Positions 1 through 10,720 of a DNA stretch of 32,006 nucleotides are shown here, piece by piece (the stretch's first letter is position 1; each line of letters begins with the position of its first letter). The position numbers and the translations under genes were made by a program. A model generated the notes under the pieces. The model did not search any database and was not told where the DNA came from. It saw only the letters and a program-made list of their open reading frames with translations. The stretch comes from Nemertoderma westbladi (lineage: Eukaryota; Animalia; Xenacoelomorpha): assembly GCA_032718475.1 (NCBI GenBank), contig JAUCBJ010002744.1:1-32006 (forward strand), read 5' to 3'.

Positions 1-500
1 AAATTCGACCCTAAAGATGGAATAGGGGTCGCATGAAGCCAAAGCCCACTCTCCACTTGCGCTGCTGCAGCCAGGCGTGCTGTTTCGACCTGATCCGCTT
101 TGGCAAACAGGTCTCTCTGTGTTATAGTCGCAGAGATAGTGTCCCAGGCTTTCTGGTTATTCCTGGCTGCCCCACTGGGTTCCTCAACTGAAGAGAACTT
201 CTCCCTCCATGCCTTGACGGCTCCTGCCAAATCACACGATGGCTCCAGTCCAAATGTGTTAGAGAGGACGGAGTTAACGAGGATATCGGTGGAATGAAGA
301 GAGGAAATATAACTAGGCAGTGCCAGATCTTCCAACTTACGGATCCCAAGTCCCCCGAGACTGACTGGTAGTGATCCCTGGGTACTGGATTTTGCCTGAA
401 AGTTAACATTGGTGATACTAGAAAGGGCATCTTGGACAACTGTATCAAATTCCTGCAAGTCACCAGTGTTGTTGAATGTGGGTGATGTGTGCAGAGTGTA

Positions 501-1310
501 CTATAGCCGGGGGACTGCCACACAATTCTTGAGTAAGGTGAAGCCTTGATGTGCATCAACATGTACCAGCCGATCAACCATCACCTCGAGAGTCTTGAGC
601 TTTGATTGGATAGCTGGTTCAATAGCATCCCGTGTAAGGGGAGCTCCTAAAAGGACCTGGTCCACCTTGTTTAGGACCCTAATATTAGGGAGGAGCTGTC
701 TGAACTTGTGGATTGTCTCAGTAGCGGCTTCTGGTGTATGGTTGAGTAGTATCAATTCACACTTTGCATCGTTAACAATTAGACCAATCTTCGCTAGCTC
801 TGGTATTATTGCCACGACATCCGAAAGAACACTCTCTGTAGTACCACCTACCGTACCATCGTCAAGAAACCAGATATTCAGCTCTGAACCAACAAGTTTG
901 GTGACAGGCTCCTCTCCCACCGCGAAGAGAAGAGGGCCACTAGGATCACCCTGTTGCATACCGGTGGCCGATTCGATGATGTGATCTCCGAAAATAAGGA
1001 CTGTAGGTGTGGAATAAGCCTGCCACACAAGGGGGTAAATACTTGGCAAACGATCACGAGCTGCCTTCAGGAAAACATCACGACGCATACTGTTAAATTC
1101 ATTCTTCATGTCGATTTTCAGTACCACATTCTGTTCCTTAGTGCCATTGATATATTGCTGGGTCGCATGCATAGCTGCCTCACAACCACCCTTGGTTCCA
1201 TAACCTAGCTGTGTGGGCCTTAGTTCAGCTCCAAGAACTTCTGAGAGGGGTTTAATGCCAGTTTTTGTCACCAAGCGCCTGAATGTATTGCCGACAGCAA
1301 TTGGATGCAG
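501..1310 (-). pseudogene. Reverse transcriptase core of the CRE-like element
   Basis: ORF 501..1274 plus the upstream in-frame LHPIAVGNTFRRL. The catalytic motif FLDD is present, followed by a premature TAG at 501-503. Confidence 0.9.
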
Positions 1311-2796
1311 ACCTCCCCCCCTTTTTGTTTAGGGCGCAGAGACAGGCCCCAAAGAAGATTGGCACAGCAAATTTAGGGGTTTCCCCACGGTGTGCTGTAT
1401 TTGCGAGCCTAGTCAATTCACTGAGCAGCTTGTCACCAGCAGCTCCAGTTCCTTTGCTGACCATGTCACGGGGATGACCTGGGCGAAGGCCATCGGGGCC
1501 AGCAGCAGAAGAAAGGGGGAATGACTGGATACTGGCAAGGACGTCCTCCTTCGTAGTGATAACTGGACCTGCTAGTGTGTCATCTGGGGGTGGTGGGAGA
1601 TCAAGGTCAAGTGGGGCAGGTGGGTGCTTCTCCCTGAGGGCATTGATTGTATCTTCACTGTGGTCTGCAAAACCCTCCTGTGATGTGATAATCCTTACAG
1701 CGCCTCGGACATCGCCATCCATGAACTTGGCTGAAACTCGCTTGCGAATGAGTTCTGCTTCATCTAGATTTGATGGTTTGTGCTGCTGATGTGTAGTGTG
1801 CAGAGGAACACGAGGATTGGGAAGGCAGGGTGACGCCATATAGTCTCTTATTTGCTGCTTGACTTTAGATGTTAGTGAGGGTTGCAAATGGTCGTTTGTA
1901 GCTGGAATCGGCTTTGCTATTGCCCCAAACGAGAATGCTAGGAGCCGGGCCCAGGTTATTGGCACAGGGTTGTCAATTGCTTCTTTGAGCAAAGGGGCCA
2001 GTGCGTCTGCAGCCATGATTCTAGCCCCTTTAGGAATCTTTGCCAACACAGGAATGGATTGCTTCAGCATGGCAATATAAGATGCAAGATTTTCCAAGTA
2101 TTTACTATAGCTGGGGTCAACATCTGGTAGTATTGTCCGAGGTCGATCAAGGCAAGTTCCACAGAACCAGTGTGGTAGGGATTCTGAATCCTTCTTCCTG
2201 AGGCCGACACATGAGAGGTGATACCAAACTGAACAGTTAGCACAATGGACTGTCTGCTTTCTCATGTTTCCCTCACTGCATGTGGGACAAACTAATTGCT
2301 CGTCTGACTGAGATTTCTCCTCCGAATTGCTATAATCTCCACACTGAACGTCAGCCAACTTGCCTGCTCCAGGACACAAGGGTCCTCCAGAATTCTCTTT
2401 GTGCCTGCGAAGTTGACCATTACCATTTACCAGAATATCTTTCTTGCATACAGAGCATCTTGAACGGGCTTGGACACCTATACCTTGAGTGCTGGAAGTC
2501 GAATGGACTGGATTTACATCACCAATGATGCAATCTTCTGAAATGTTAAAACCTTGGGTCTGTGTGGTGCATGGTGCTTTCCCCTCCAAACCACCGTGCT
2601 GGTTTGATCCTGGTGTGCCTGCCTGCGGATTTGTAAAAGGATTCATTCCTTTTGAGCTGGGATTATGTGCATCGCTGAGAGGAAATGCCTTAATAGGTTT
2701 AGCAAACACTATTGTGGCCAAGTTTAAACGGAGAGACTGGATCGACCTGTCATTGACACCTGATAGTGGGAAGGATGTCTGATAGCACTCATGTGT
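1252..2796 (-). pseudogene. N-terminal part of the CRE-like polyprotein: CCHC Zn finger, PHD finger, start of RT
   Basis: CSVC...RRH...CPG; C4HC3 PHD CPTC...CANC..WYHLSC...WFCGTC; pre-RT motifs LREKHP and SSAAGPDGLRPGH. Confidence 0.85.
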
Positions 2797-3070
2797 TCAA
2801 CACTAAACTTTGCGAAGTGGCAGACGTAGATTGCACACTGATGAGAGTCATTAAACTGCAGCTTGGGGGTATGGGGAAGTATTCTAATACCGGAGTGATC
2901 TTCATTGTTTAGTACTGCTAATGAAACGGCCCAGTCCCTTAAGTCGTGGGTCAGCTCTTCGTGGCTACCACCCAAGGAGTCGAAGCAACGAATATAACCA
3001 GCTTTTGGGTGGAATGTTAGAAGGATCCAGTGGTTGTTGTTGATCCAGTGTCCAGGATCCAGTGTGTGAC
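2724..3070 (-). pseudogene. Ulp1/SENP-like (peptidase C48) cysteine protease domain
   Basis: NHWILL (His), CFDSLG (Asp) and QFNDSHQCAIYVC (Gln...Cys) occur in Ulp1 order. The closing IQSLRLNLA helix lies in the frame of the downstream PHD/RT ORF. Confidence 0.75.
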
Positions 3071-3157
3071 ATAATGATATTTTTAAATAAATTTCTGAAT
3101 ACATGTAAATTAATATTGATTATATAGTTTTGTATACCGATGTAACTAATTAGTATA

Positions 3158-3776
3158 TTTATCAATTGGGTATTGGCTATTGTTGGCCTTTAATATCTCA
3201 TGGAATCCCCGTTGAATTTTCCTTTTCTTATCTGTTGCCTTCATATGTTTTCTGTCAGTTTTTCGGAGAATTTATCTTCATAGTTAATGAACTCCTGACA
3301 CAAAGCGTCGTCCTGGCGTCGTATATTTTTCTCCGTAACTGTCTTAATATTGCCTTAATTTGACTTTTGGGCATTTCGCACCCCAAAAATTTTATGAATT
3401 TTTTTTAATTACTAGCAAATTAAATTTGAAAAATAACTAGCTATATGTTTTAGAACATTATATTTTTTATTATATTTTTGTTCTAGAATAGTATATAATA
3501 TTTACATTTGTTCTAGAACTCTGCAATGTTGGCATGGTAACAATGATTTATGTTATAAACAAAAAAGAAAAAAATGCACAAAAGAGAAAGTATGGCAAAT
3601 AAAAGACAGGTACGGAGTAAAATATACGACGCCAGAGCTTTGTGTGAGGAGTGCATTAAACCACGAAGATAAATTTCCCGAAAAACTGACTGTGGAGGCA
3701 ACAGATAAGAAAGGGAAAATTAAACGGATTCCATGAGATATTTAAGGCAAATAAAAGCCAATACCCAATGGATAAA
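3158..3776. mobile_element. Foldback/MITE-like element with ~210-bp imperfect inverted arms
   Basis: 3158-3377 (tttatcaattgggtattggc...) is the degenerate reverse complement of 3572-3776 (...gccaatacccaatggataaa). The centre is AT-rich and no TSD is evident. Confidence 0.75.
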
Positions 3777-4732
3777 ACTCTACAATCTAAAATCTATTTG
3801 GTCATATTCCAACAATATGACATTATGACTGTATTTATATACTGGTACATTTGATATAGAAACACACATTATCCCAATAAGCCTAAAGTGCAAATTTTTA
3901 CTTTGTTGCTATGGAAACATGAATCAGATCTAATATAACTACTAGAAAGGCATTTCCTAAAGGAAATGCAACCACGAAGCTAAGGAAAATTAAACACTCT
4001 TTGACTCATCACTTCATTGCTTTACAGAGTTAAGAGGCATATGTCTTAAAAACCGGAATTTTCTAGAACTGCTGAGGATTACATTAAGATCCGGTTTGTG
4101 GTTCCAGGCGACACATACTTCAATTCAGTTTCATTGAGTACAGTAGTTAATGTGTAAAACAAAGGATTTAATTGTTAAAACGTCTGTTTGTAGTGGTTGT
4201 CATGGAAACTGAAAAATGTGACAATTTAAATTGGATGCGTAATTAGTGATATAGTGCGGGTAGGGATTGGTCCCAAGTCGTAATACCTTAATGTTATGCT
4301 TCAAATAACCATTTTATAAATTTTAACATCTGTTTAGCATGGTTGCCCTGGTAACTGGATTTTCTAATTAACCTCAATCAGCTCGACTATTGTCCTTATC
4401 ATTGAGTTGAGAAACCCCAAGTTTATATCTATTGCGGTTATTCTATAAATAGAGTTATGAATATAGACTTGAATGATATAATCTGTAATAAACTCCAGTT
4501 ACCACGGTAACTAGATATTTCTGGAATGTTTTTTAGTTTCACTAAAAGTTCCAACAAGGGGTCTAGTTAACACATAACCAGTTTCGTAAAATTTTATAGC
4601 GAAGTCTATGTCCAAATGAGTAATTTTTGGGTAAAAACATAGGTTTACAGCGGTTGTCATGGTAACTGCAAAATAGAACAATCAAATTCGGACGCAGAAT
4701 GAGTTATATAGTGGGGGTAGGGGTTGGTCCCA

Positions 4733-5112
4733 TCGCCGTTTGGGCCAAAAATAAAAAAAACATATTATATTAAAAAGTTATAATGGTATGTTTTTTTATC
4801 TTGCCGTTTGGGCCAAAAGTTGTAATGGTATGTTTTTTTATCTTGCCGTTTGGGCCAAAAATAGCTGAGAGGGAAATTTGAATTATCACTTTCTATATAC
4901 TGTATTTATAGCAATTGCAATTATCATCATACCTGTGAGCCTGTCTGCCTATACATGATTGTGGATTGTATTTACACACGGCAGCACGGTACAGTATCGC
5001 TGTAGGAGTGGACTTTAGGCTTACCTCCCGCTGTATGGGCCTTGGCCTACCGGTACTCATATACTGTCACTGGGTAATGCTGTAATGTAGCGTTAGGCTG
5101 TTAGGTACAAAT
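4733..5112 (+). repeat. Left TIR (~380 bp) with three gccgtttgggccaaaa sub-repeats
   Basis: Near-identical reverse complement of 10721-11110, with sub-repeats at ~4735, ~4803 and ~4845. Confidence 0.95.
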
Positions 5113-5248
5113 GACATTCTGACATTAATGCCTCACCACTCTGATCTGGCATTAGCCTGATAGCTGTAGTCTGGCTGTAGTACTGCATACCGGAAATCAA
5201 AATCCTGAAATCAGAAGTAGGCCATCAACATCAATCTTATAGCAGACA

Positions 5249-6970
5249 ATGGAGACTAATCGCGGAAATAGCAACGCGGAGCCCCCATCGGGCGAGTTGG
5301 GTTTCGATACGACTGACACAGATGTAGTTGATATCACTGCCGAAGCAGTGCGAATAAACCGTGAGATGGAGAACGCAAGGGGAGCGCAGAAAAGATCACG
5401 CGTATCCAGCAGCGGGCGAAGTATAGGGGTGGACGACTTGGAGCCGAATAACAATGTGCAGTATCTGAGTCTGCTCCCAAAAATGAACGCGGAAATCGCT
5501 AACATGGCTGACGGGTTTAAGGACTTCCGGTCATCTCTCGGTACATTGAGTCTAGAAGTTAGGCAGAATACTGCTGCAAATGAGTCCCTACTGCGTAGAG
5601 CGGTTAATGCCGAGGTTTTAAATACGCGAAAAAACCTCATATTCAAAGGTCTCCGGGAATACCGCGGAGAAAACCCTGAGAACTTGGTACGTAGTTTTAT
5701 TCTAGAGATTCTGGGTGTGCGATCCGCTCATGAAGAATTGGAAATCGAATGCGCTTATCGCCTTGGTAAACCCAGTTCTGACCGTCCACGCCCATTAAAG
5801 GTCGAGTTTCTACGACTTAAGGATAGAAACATCATTTGGGAGGCAGGTAAGGCACTCATCGGCACCGAGTTCCGAATGACCTCGGACTTCCCTAAAGAAA
5901 TCCGAGATCAACGTCAAGTTCTCTATAGATTATCGCGTGAGGCACGCAATCAGGGGTATCTTTCTAATGTCCAAGGAAGCATTCTAACTGTAAATGGACG
6001 CCGATTTACGGGATGGGATATAGCAGCTGACACTAACATATCGCTGGAGAAGTTGATGAATGTTGGTGGAAGTTACGCCCCTAGTCGCCGGAATCCGTAT
6101 CGAAGCCGTCTGGTGGGGAACAACAGCAATGTTTTTTCGGGCGGCACGTTCTCTCAGGCTGTAAACTCTGCTGCCGCCGTACCGGTTGATGTTGCCCGCA
6201 AGGAACCCGATACATCCAACAGTGTTATGGTCAGTGCGAGCAATGGCTCTGGTACTGATACAGATTACTTACATTTTGGTAATAATAGTAGTACCGGTAA
6301 CGATCATTTATATAATTCTACTAATCAGTCATTTTACCGGTCTGTACAAGTACCCATGCCCACAGTACCGATATCTAATAGTGTTAACACTGAGAATGTC
6401 ACAAGCTATGCTTCGGGTGCAGCCCACCTGGCTAGGCACGTTGAGGCAACAACACACACAGTCAGCAGCATGCATAATAGTGATAGTTTAATTCCTGCTA
6501 CCGGTACCAGCAGTACTGCCTCCGGTACTGGTACTGTGGACATGACGCAATCAGCTCCCTGTAATGTTATTAGTGATGTAACCATGGTAACTACTGGTAT
6601 TAACTCAAGTATAGACGGTAGTAGGCCGGGTGAAAGTACAGTGGAGTCAACAAGTGTGGACCCATTAGCTCCTGTTATTAGGGAACTAGAGAGTAAAGCG
6701 AAAAAGCGTGGCAGAGATACAAGCCGCAGAAATGTGAGAAATAATGTTAAGAGAAATCGAAGTCTGGAGCAAAGGGGTCTGCGCTCGTTCTCCCTTAATA
6801 GAGTTGCAGATTATAACACTAGGTCGAGGGCAGCCTCAGCAACAACTGGCGTAGAGGGGTCGGGGGGAGGGAACCGACAGCCAGTTGCTGTTGCTGGCCA
6901 GCCGACCAACGCGGGAGTTACTGCTCCAGCTGGTAACCCTCACCAATCGGACAACAAACAAGGGGGTTAG
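5249..6970 (+). CDS. LINE ORF1 protein (coiled coil, L1-type RRM/CTD, low-complexity S/T-rich and Arg-rich tail)
   Basis: 573-aa open frame with RKNLIFKGLRE...AYRLGK...RPRPLKVEF...DFPKEIRDQR...LTVNGRRF, typical of L1-like ORF1. Confidence 0.9.
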   Translation: METNRGNSNAEPPSGELGFDTTDTDVVDITAEAVRINREMENARGAQKRSRVSSSGRSIGVDDLEPNNNVQYLSLLPKMNAEIANMADGFKDFRSSLGTLSLEVRQNTAANESLLRRAVNAEVLNTRKNLIFKGLREYRGENPENLVRSFILEILGVRSAHEELEIECAYRLGKPSSDRPRPLKVEFLRLKDRNIIWEAGKALIGTEFRMTSDFPKEIRDQRQVLYRLSREARNQGYLSNVQGSILTVNGRRFTGWDIAADTNISLEKLMNVGGSYAPSRRNPYRSRLVGNNSNVFSGGTFSQAVNSAAAVPVDVARKEPDTSNSVMVSASNGSGTDTDYLHFGNNSSTGNDHLYNSTNQSFYRSVQVPMPTVPISNSVNTENVTSYASGAAHLARHVEATTHTVSSMHNSDSLIPATGTSSTASGTGTVDMTQSAPCNVISDVTMVTTGINSSIDGSRPGESTVESTSVDPLAPVIRELESKAKKRGRDTSRRNVRNNVKRNRSLEQRGLRSFSLNRVADYNTRSRAASATTGVEGSGGGNRQPVAVAGQPTNAGVTAPAGNPHQSDNKQGG

Positions 6971-6990
6971 ATGGTAAATATTCCAGTGGG

Positions 6991-9900
6991 GTGGAAAGTG
7001 AAATGAATTCTAACTTTCAATTTAATAATTTTAACTTGTCTATTGGTAATCTTAATGTAGAGAGTTTGAGCTCAAGGCTCTGTGATCCCTATTTTATCGA
7101 AAATGTAAAGCAACACGATATTTTTATATGCACCGAAACGTGGCTAGGGCCAATATCCAAACTAGATATAGATATTCAGGGTTACGAACATAAATCAGTA
7201 ACAAGAAAATACAAAAAGGCAGGGGCCAAGCGGTTTTCTGGGGGGGTGACAGTATATTATAAAAATGTTCTTGGGTGCGCTATTGAAATATTAAATGGGC
7301 CAGAGTACGAAGACCTGCTTTGGCTTAGACTTATAGGTGAAAAGTTGGGACTGTACAAAGATATAGTCATTTGTGCAGTATATATTGGCGCCGATGGCCT
7401 AAGGGCACAAATCGCAGACTCCATGTGTTTATTCGACAAAATCGAGGAAGGTGTACTTTTATATGGCGAAACACATGACATAATTGTAGTAGGTGACTTG
7501 AACTCCAGGACGGGGACGGAGCTAGATTATATCGACAGCGACGATTTCACTGGAAATAGTTTCTTTGACAATTTACTACCTCCAGATTATATTTATGACT
7601 CTGACGATATATGGGGAGGTGTGCAGAAAATTAGAAACAACTGTGATAAAGTGGTTAACCAATATGGGAGAAGACTATTGCAATTGTGCCGGTCGACTGG
7701 TCTTAAGATAATGAATGGACGGGTGGGTGAAGACGCTACCCAAGGACAATGCACATACTACTCAGTATCAGGAGCAACAGGATTGGGTAAATCAAATATT
7801 GACCTTATGCTAGTTGATACTAAATTATTACGCAACACTGTGGCTTTCAAGGTTCATGTTGACAGTATGCTACCTACAAAACACTGCATGGTAAGCGCAA
7901 CATTAGCCTGGAAAGCTACAATAAGAGAATGTAAGGGAAATAGTGACAAAAAACATACAAATGACTATAGTACACGGTTCTCATGGAAACAGACAAAAAG
8001 TAGTCAGTTCGTGGATCTACTTGGTTCTGACGAATTCAAAGCCAGCGCAAACAGTCTCTTAGACGACCTCGGAAGTGGCAGTTACACGCAGGAATCTGTC
8101 GAAGAAGCAGCCAAGAAGTTAACAGACTGTATACAGACTGTAGCGGGACAGTTATTTAAAGTGGGGACAAATAACACATGTAAGAGTAGGGATAGTACTA
8201 ACGACAATAATGAGTGCCTGTGGTTTAATGACGAATGCTTAGAAAAGCGAACGGCATTTAGGAATGCACTCAATAAGTGGAAGTCTGATCGGACAGTGGC
8301 GTCAAAAATCGTTGTATCCCACACCCGTAGTATGTATTGTAAGACACTGAGACGAGCACGGGCAAATTACAGACGTGACCAGTCACGAAATTTGGAACAG
8401 TTAAGTTTGGAGGTAAATGAGACAAGGAAATTTTGGACTCTACTGAAAAATTCAACCGGTAACAAAAATAAATCACAACAATCTAAATTATCTCTTGATG
8501 ACTTTGAAGAACATTTTAGGAACCTATGTTCTGGAACACCAGAATTTTCTGACATGGGAGTAGATCCACATGTTGACATAGACGTTAATAACAGTAAAAA
8601 TTTAATGGAAAAGGAACTGTCTCAGCCCTTTACGGAGGATGAAGTAAATATTGCTATTGACAAACTTAAAAGACACAAAGCCCCGGGAATGGATATGCTA
8701 CTAAATGAGTTCTTCATTGAAGGTAAAGCAGCCCTTACTCCACTAATAACCCCTTTGTTCAATGCTGTGCTCTATTCTGGTAACTTCCCAAGAGCCTGGG
8801 CTGCGGCTCTGGTAACGCCAATCTATAAGAATAAAGGTAGTAAGGATGACGCGGGAAACTACAGAGGAATATCTTTGTTAAGTTGCTTAGGAAAACTATT
8901 CACCTCAATTCTAAACTACAGAATTTCCTGGTGGGCAGAAGGTTTTCAGGTGTTAAACGACTCCCAGGCTGCTTTTCGTGCAGGCTACAGAACAACAGAC
9001 CATTTGTTTGTGTTAAGTGGGTTGATAAATTATCTCACGTCTCATGGTAATAAACTGTATTGCGGATTTATAGATTTTCAAAAGGCATTTGACCGTGTGG
9101 AACGCGATGCTCTATGGGTGAAACTCAATTGCCTTGGATTTTCAGGAAAGATATTTCAGGTTATTAAGAGTCTCTATGAAAGTGTGAAGTCGCGAGTGAA
9201 ATGGAATGGGGGCATATCTGAGGCGTATGACTGCTTTTTGGGCGTATTGCAAGGGGAATGTTTGTCCCCGGTACTTTTTATTCTTTTTCTCAATGATCTG
9301 GAGGCTGAGCTGAGACTTGGCGGTGTGAATGGTATCACCCTATCCCACTTGCAGCTATTTCTATTACTTTACGCGGACGATCTGGTACTAATAGCCACCA
9401 CAGGATCGGACTTACAGAGATCTTTTGATATCTTAGGGGCTTATTCAGAGTATTGGGGCCTACGGGTTAATCTGGACAAAACAAATGTCGTAGTTTTTCG
9501 GAGAGGGGGTTCATTGGCGAGAGGAGACAAATGGTTTTATAAAGGGGAGAGTGTTGGTGTTGTCTCACAATACAATTATCTGGGAATCACCTTGTCATTT
9601 ACAGGTAAATTTGCATGCGCCCAAAGAATACTGGCGCAAAAGGCTGAAAAGGGTTTATTCTCGCTCTATAGGTATTTTATTAAATTCCCAAATTTGTCAT
9701 TTGCATTGAAGTACAAGCTATTTTCGATATTGATTGCGCCAATTTTAAGTTACGGTGCCGATGTTTGGGGATTTCATTCTGCTCCGGCAATTGAGCGTGT
9801 TCATTTAGCTTTTTTGAAACGCCTACTTGGAGTAAAACGGAGCACTCCTGATTTTGCCGTCTACGGGGAAACTGGGGCTGTGCCGCTTTCAGTTTCACGA

Positions 9901-10563
9901 AAGCTGACAATTGTAAAATTTTGGGTAAGAACTTTGACTCTCCCAGAGACGAGACTGACTAAACGTATGTATCAGGTACTTTACGAGGATGCACTGCAGG
10001 GGTCAGCGACAAACTGGGTTTCAATGGTAAGGGATGTATTAAATGGCCTGGGCCAAAGTTGGGCATGGGAGTCTCAAAATGTTGGGGATGCCAAATTATT
10101 CTTAAATAACGTTAGGGTAGTTTTAATGGATCAATTCATACAAGGGTGGTGGGCTGATATATCAAACTCTTCCAAAGGACAATATTACGTTAAAGATAAA
10201 TTCGGAACAGAAGAATATCTACATTTATTAAAGGACAATAATGGCTTACGTCAAACCCTCGCAAGGTTTCGGTGCTCGTCCCACAACTTAGAGATTGAAG
10301 TTGGTCGTTGGGATCACAGAGCTGTACAGGATCGGGTGTGTAAAATTTGTAACTTAGGGGAAGTAGAACATGAGTACCACTTTCTGCTTGTGTGTCCTGC
10401 TTACTCAAATATAAGGCAAACTTATTTACGGCAATATTACACTATAAACCCATCGGTATATAAGTTTAAGGCATTACTACGGCGCAAACCAGATTTAAAA
10501 AACTTAGCTTTATATCTGAGTAAAGCATTTGCCGTAAGGGAGCGATTGCTAGCAAGATTATAG
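6991..10563 (+). CDS. LINE ORF2: APE endonuclease, reverse transcriptase and C-terminal CCHC; RTEX-like clade
   Basis: Intact 1190-aa frame (first ATG at 7003). Motifs: NLNVESL, ETW, GDLNSR, IDLML, KAPGMD, NYRGISLLSCLGKLF, FIDFQKAFD, GVLQGECLSP, YADD, SSHNLEIEVGRW, CKIC...HFLLVC. Confidence 0.95.
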   Translation: MESEMNSNFQFNNFNLSIGNLNVESLSSRLCDPYFIENVKQHDIFICTETWLGPISKLDIDIQGYEHKSVTRKYKKAGAKRFSGGVTVYYKNVLGCAIEILNGPEYEDLLWLRLIGEKLGLYKDIVICAVYIGADGLRAQIADSMCLFDKIEEGVLLYGETHDIIVVGDLNSRTGTELDYIDSDDFTGNSFFDNLLPPDYIYDSDDIWGGVQKIRNNCDKVVNQYGRRLLQLCRSTGLKIMNGRVGEDATQGQCTYYSVSGATGLGKSNIDLMLVDTKLLRNTVAFKVHVDSMLPTKHCMVSATLAWKATIRECKGNSDKKHTNDYSTRFSWKQTKSSQFVDLLGSDEFKASANSLLDDLGSGSYTQESVEEAAKKLTDCIQTVAGQLFKVGTNNTCKSRDSTNDNNECLWFNDECLEKRTAFRNALNKWKSDRTVASKIVVSHTRSMYCKTLRRARANYRRDQSRNLEQLSLEVNETRKFWTLLKNSTGNKNKSQQSKLSLDDFEEHFRNLCSGTPEFSDMGVDPHVDIDVNNSKNLMEKELSQPFTEDEVNIAIDKLKRHKAPGMDMLLNEFFIEGKAALTPLITPLFNAVLYSGNFPRAWAAALVTPIYKNKGSKDDAGNYRGISLLSCLGKLFTSILNYRISWWAEGFQVLNDSQAAFRAGYRTTDHLFVLSGLINYLTSHGNKLYCGFIDFQKAFDRVERDALWVKLNCLGFSGKIFQVIKSLYESVKSRVKWNGGISEAYDCFLGVLQGECLSPVLFILFLNDLEAELRLGGVNGITLSHLQLFLLLYADDLVLIATTGSDLQRSFDILGAYSEYWGLRVNLDKTNVVVFRRGGSLARGDKWFYKGESVGVVSQYNYLGITLSFTGKFACAQRILAQKAEKGLFSLYRYFIKFPNLSFALKYKLFSILIAPILSYGADVWGFHSAPAIERVHLAFLKRLLGVKRSTPDFAVYGETGAVPLSVSRKLTIVKFWVRTLTLPETRLTKRMYQVLYEDALQGSATNWVSMVRDVLNGLGQSWAWESQNVGDAKLFLNNVRVVLMDQFIQGWWADISNSSKGQYYVKDKFGTEEYLHLLKDNNGLRQTLARFRCSSHNLEIEVGRWDHRAVQDRVCKICNLGEVEHEYHFLLVCPAYSNIRQTYLRQYYTINPSVYKFKALLRRKPDLKNLALYLSKAFAVRERLLARL

Positions 10564-10720
10564 TTAATGTGCAATTCAACAATAACATATACGTATGCTT
10601 GTTGTCGATTAATAATAATTATAATTAAAAAAAAAATTAAAGTATTGCAGTATTGTGGACCACAAGATGTAGGCCTATCACAAACACAAGGTGTAATGCT
10701 ACAGGGCCTAAAGTATACTG

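Larger units (their letters stand above)
1..3070 (-). mobile_element. Decayed CRE-like (RLE-type) non-LTR retrotransposon; continues past the left edge of the window
   Basis: RT motifs QLGYGTKGGCEAAMHA, LKIDMKNEFNS, QQGDPSGPLLF and WFLDDGT. After the stop at 501-503 the frame continues with LPVSLGGLGIR and QKAWD, and then ARLAAA...SGLWL, all CRE-type. There are frameshifts at ~1315 (G-run; KKGG/GLHPIAVGNTFRRL) and ~2730-2795. Confidence 0.85.

Noticed and set aside
100-2782. Plus-strand ORFs overlapping the CRE-like element, and antisense ORFs within the LINE and Penelope elements
   Set aside because: They are shadow frames of real coding sequence with no recognisable motifs.
5175-10685. Candidate LINE TSDs (agtactgca/agtattgca; agaagtaggccatca/agatgtaggcctatca)
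   Set aside because: They are imperfect and mutually inconsistent, which is unconvincing for an element with fully intact ORFs.
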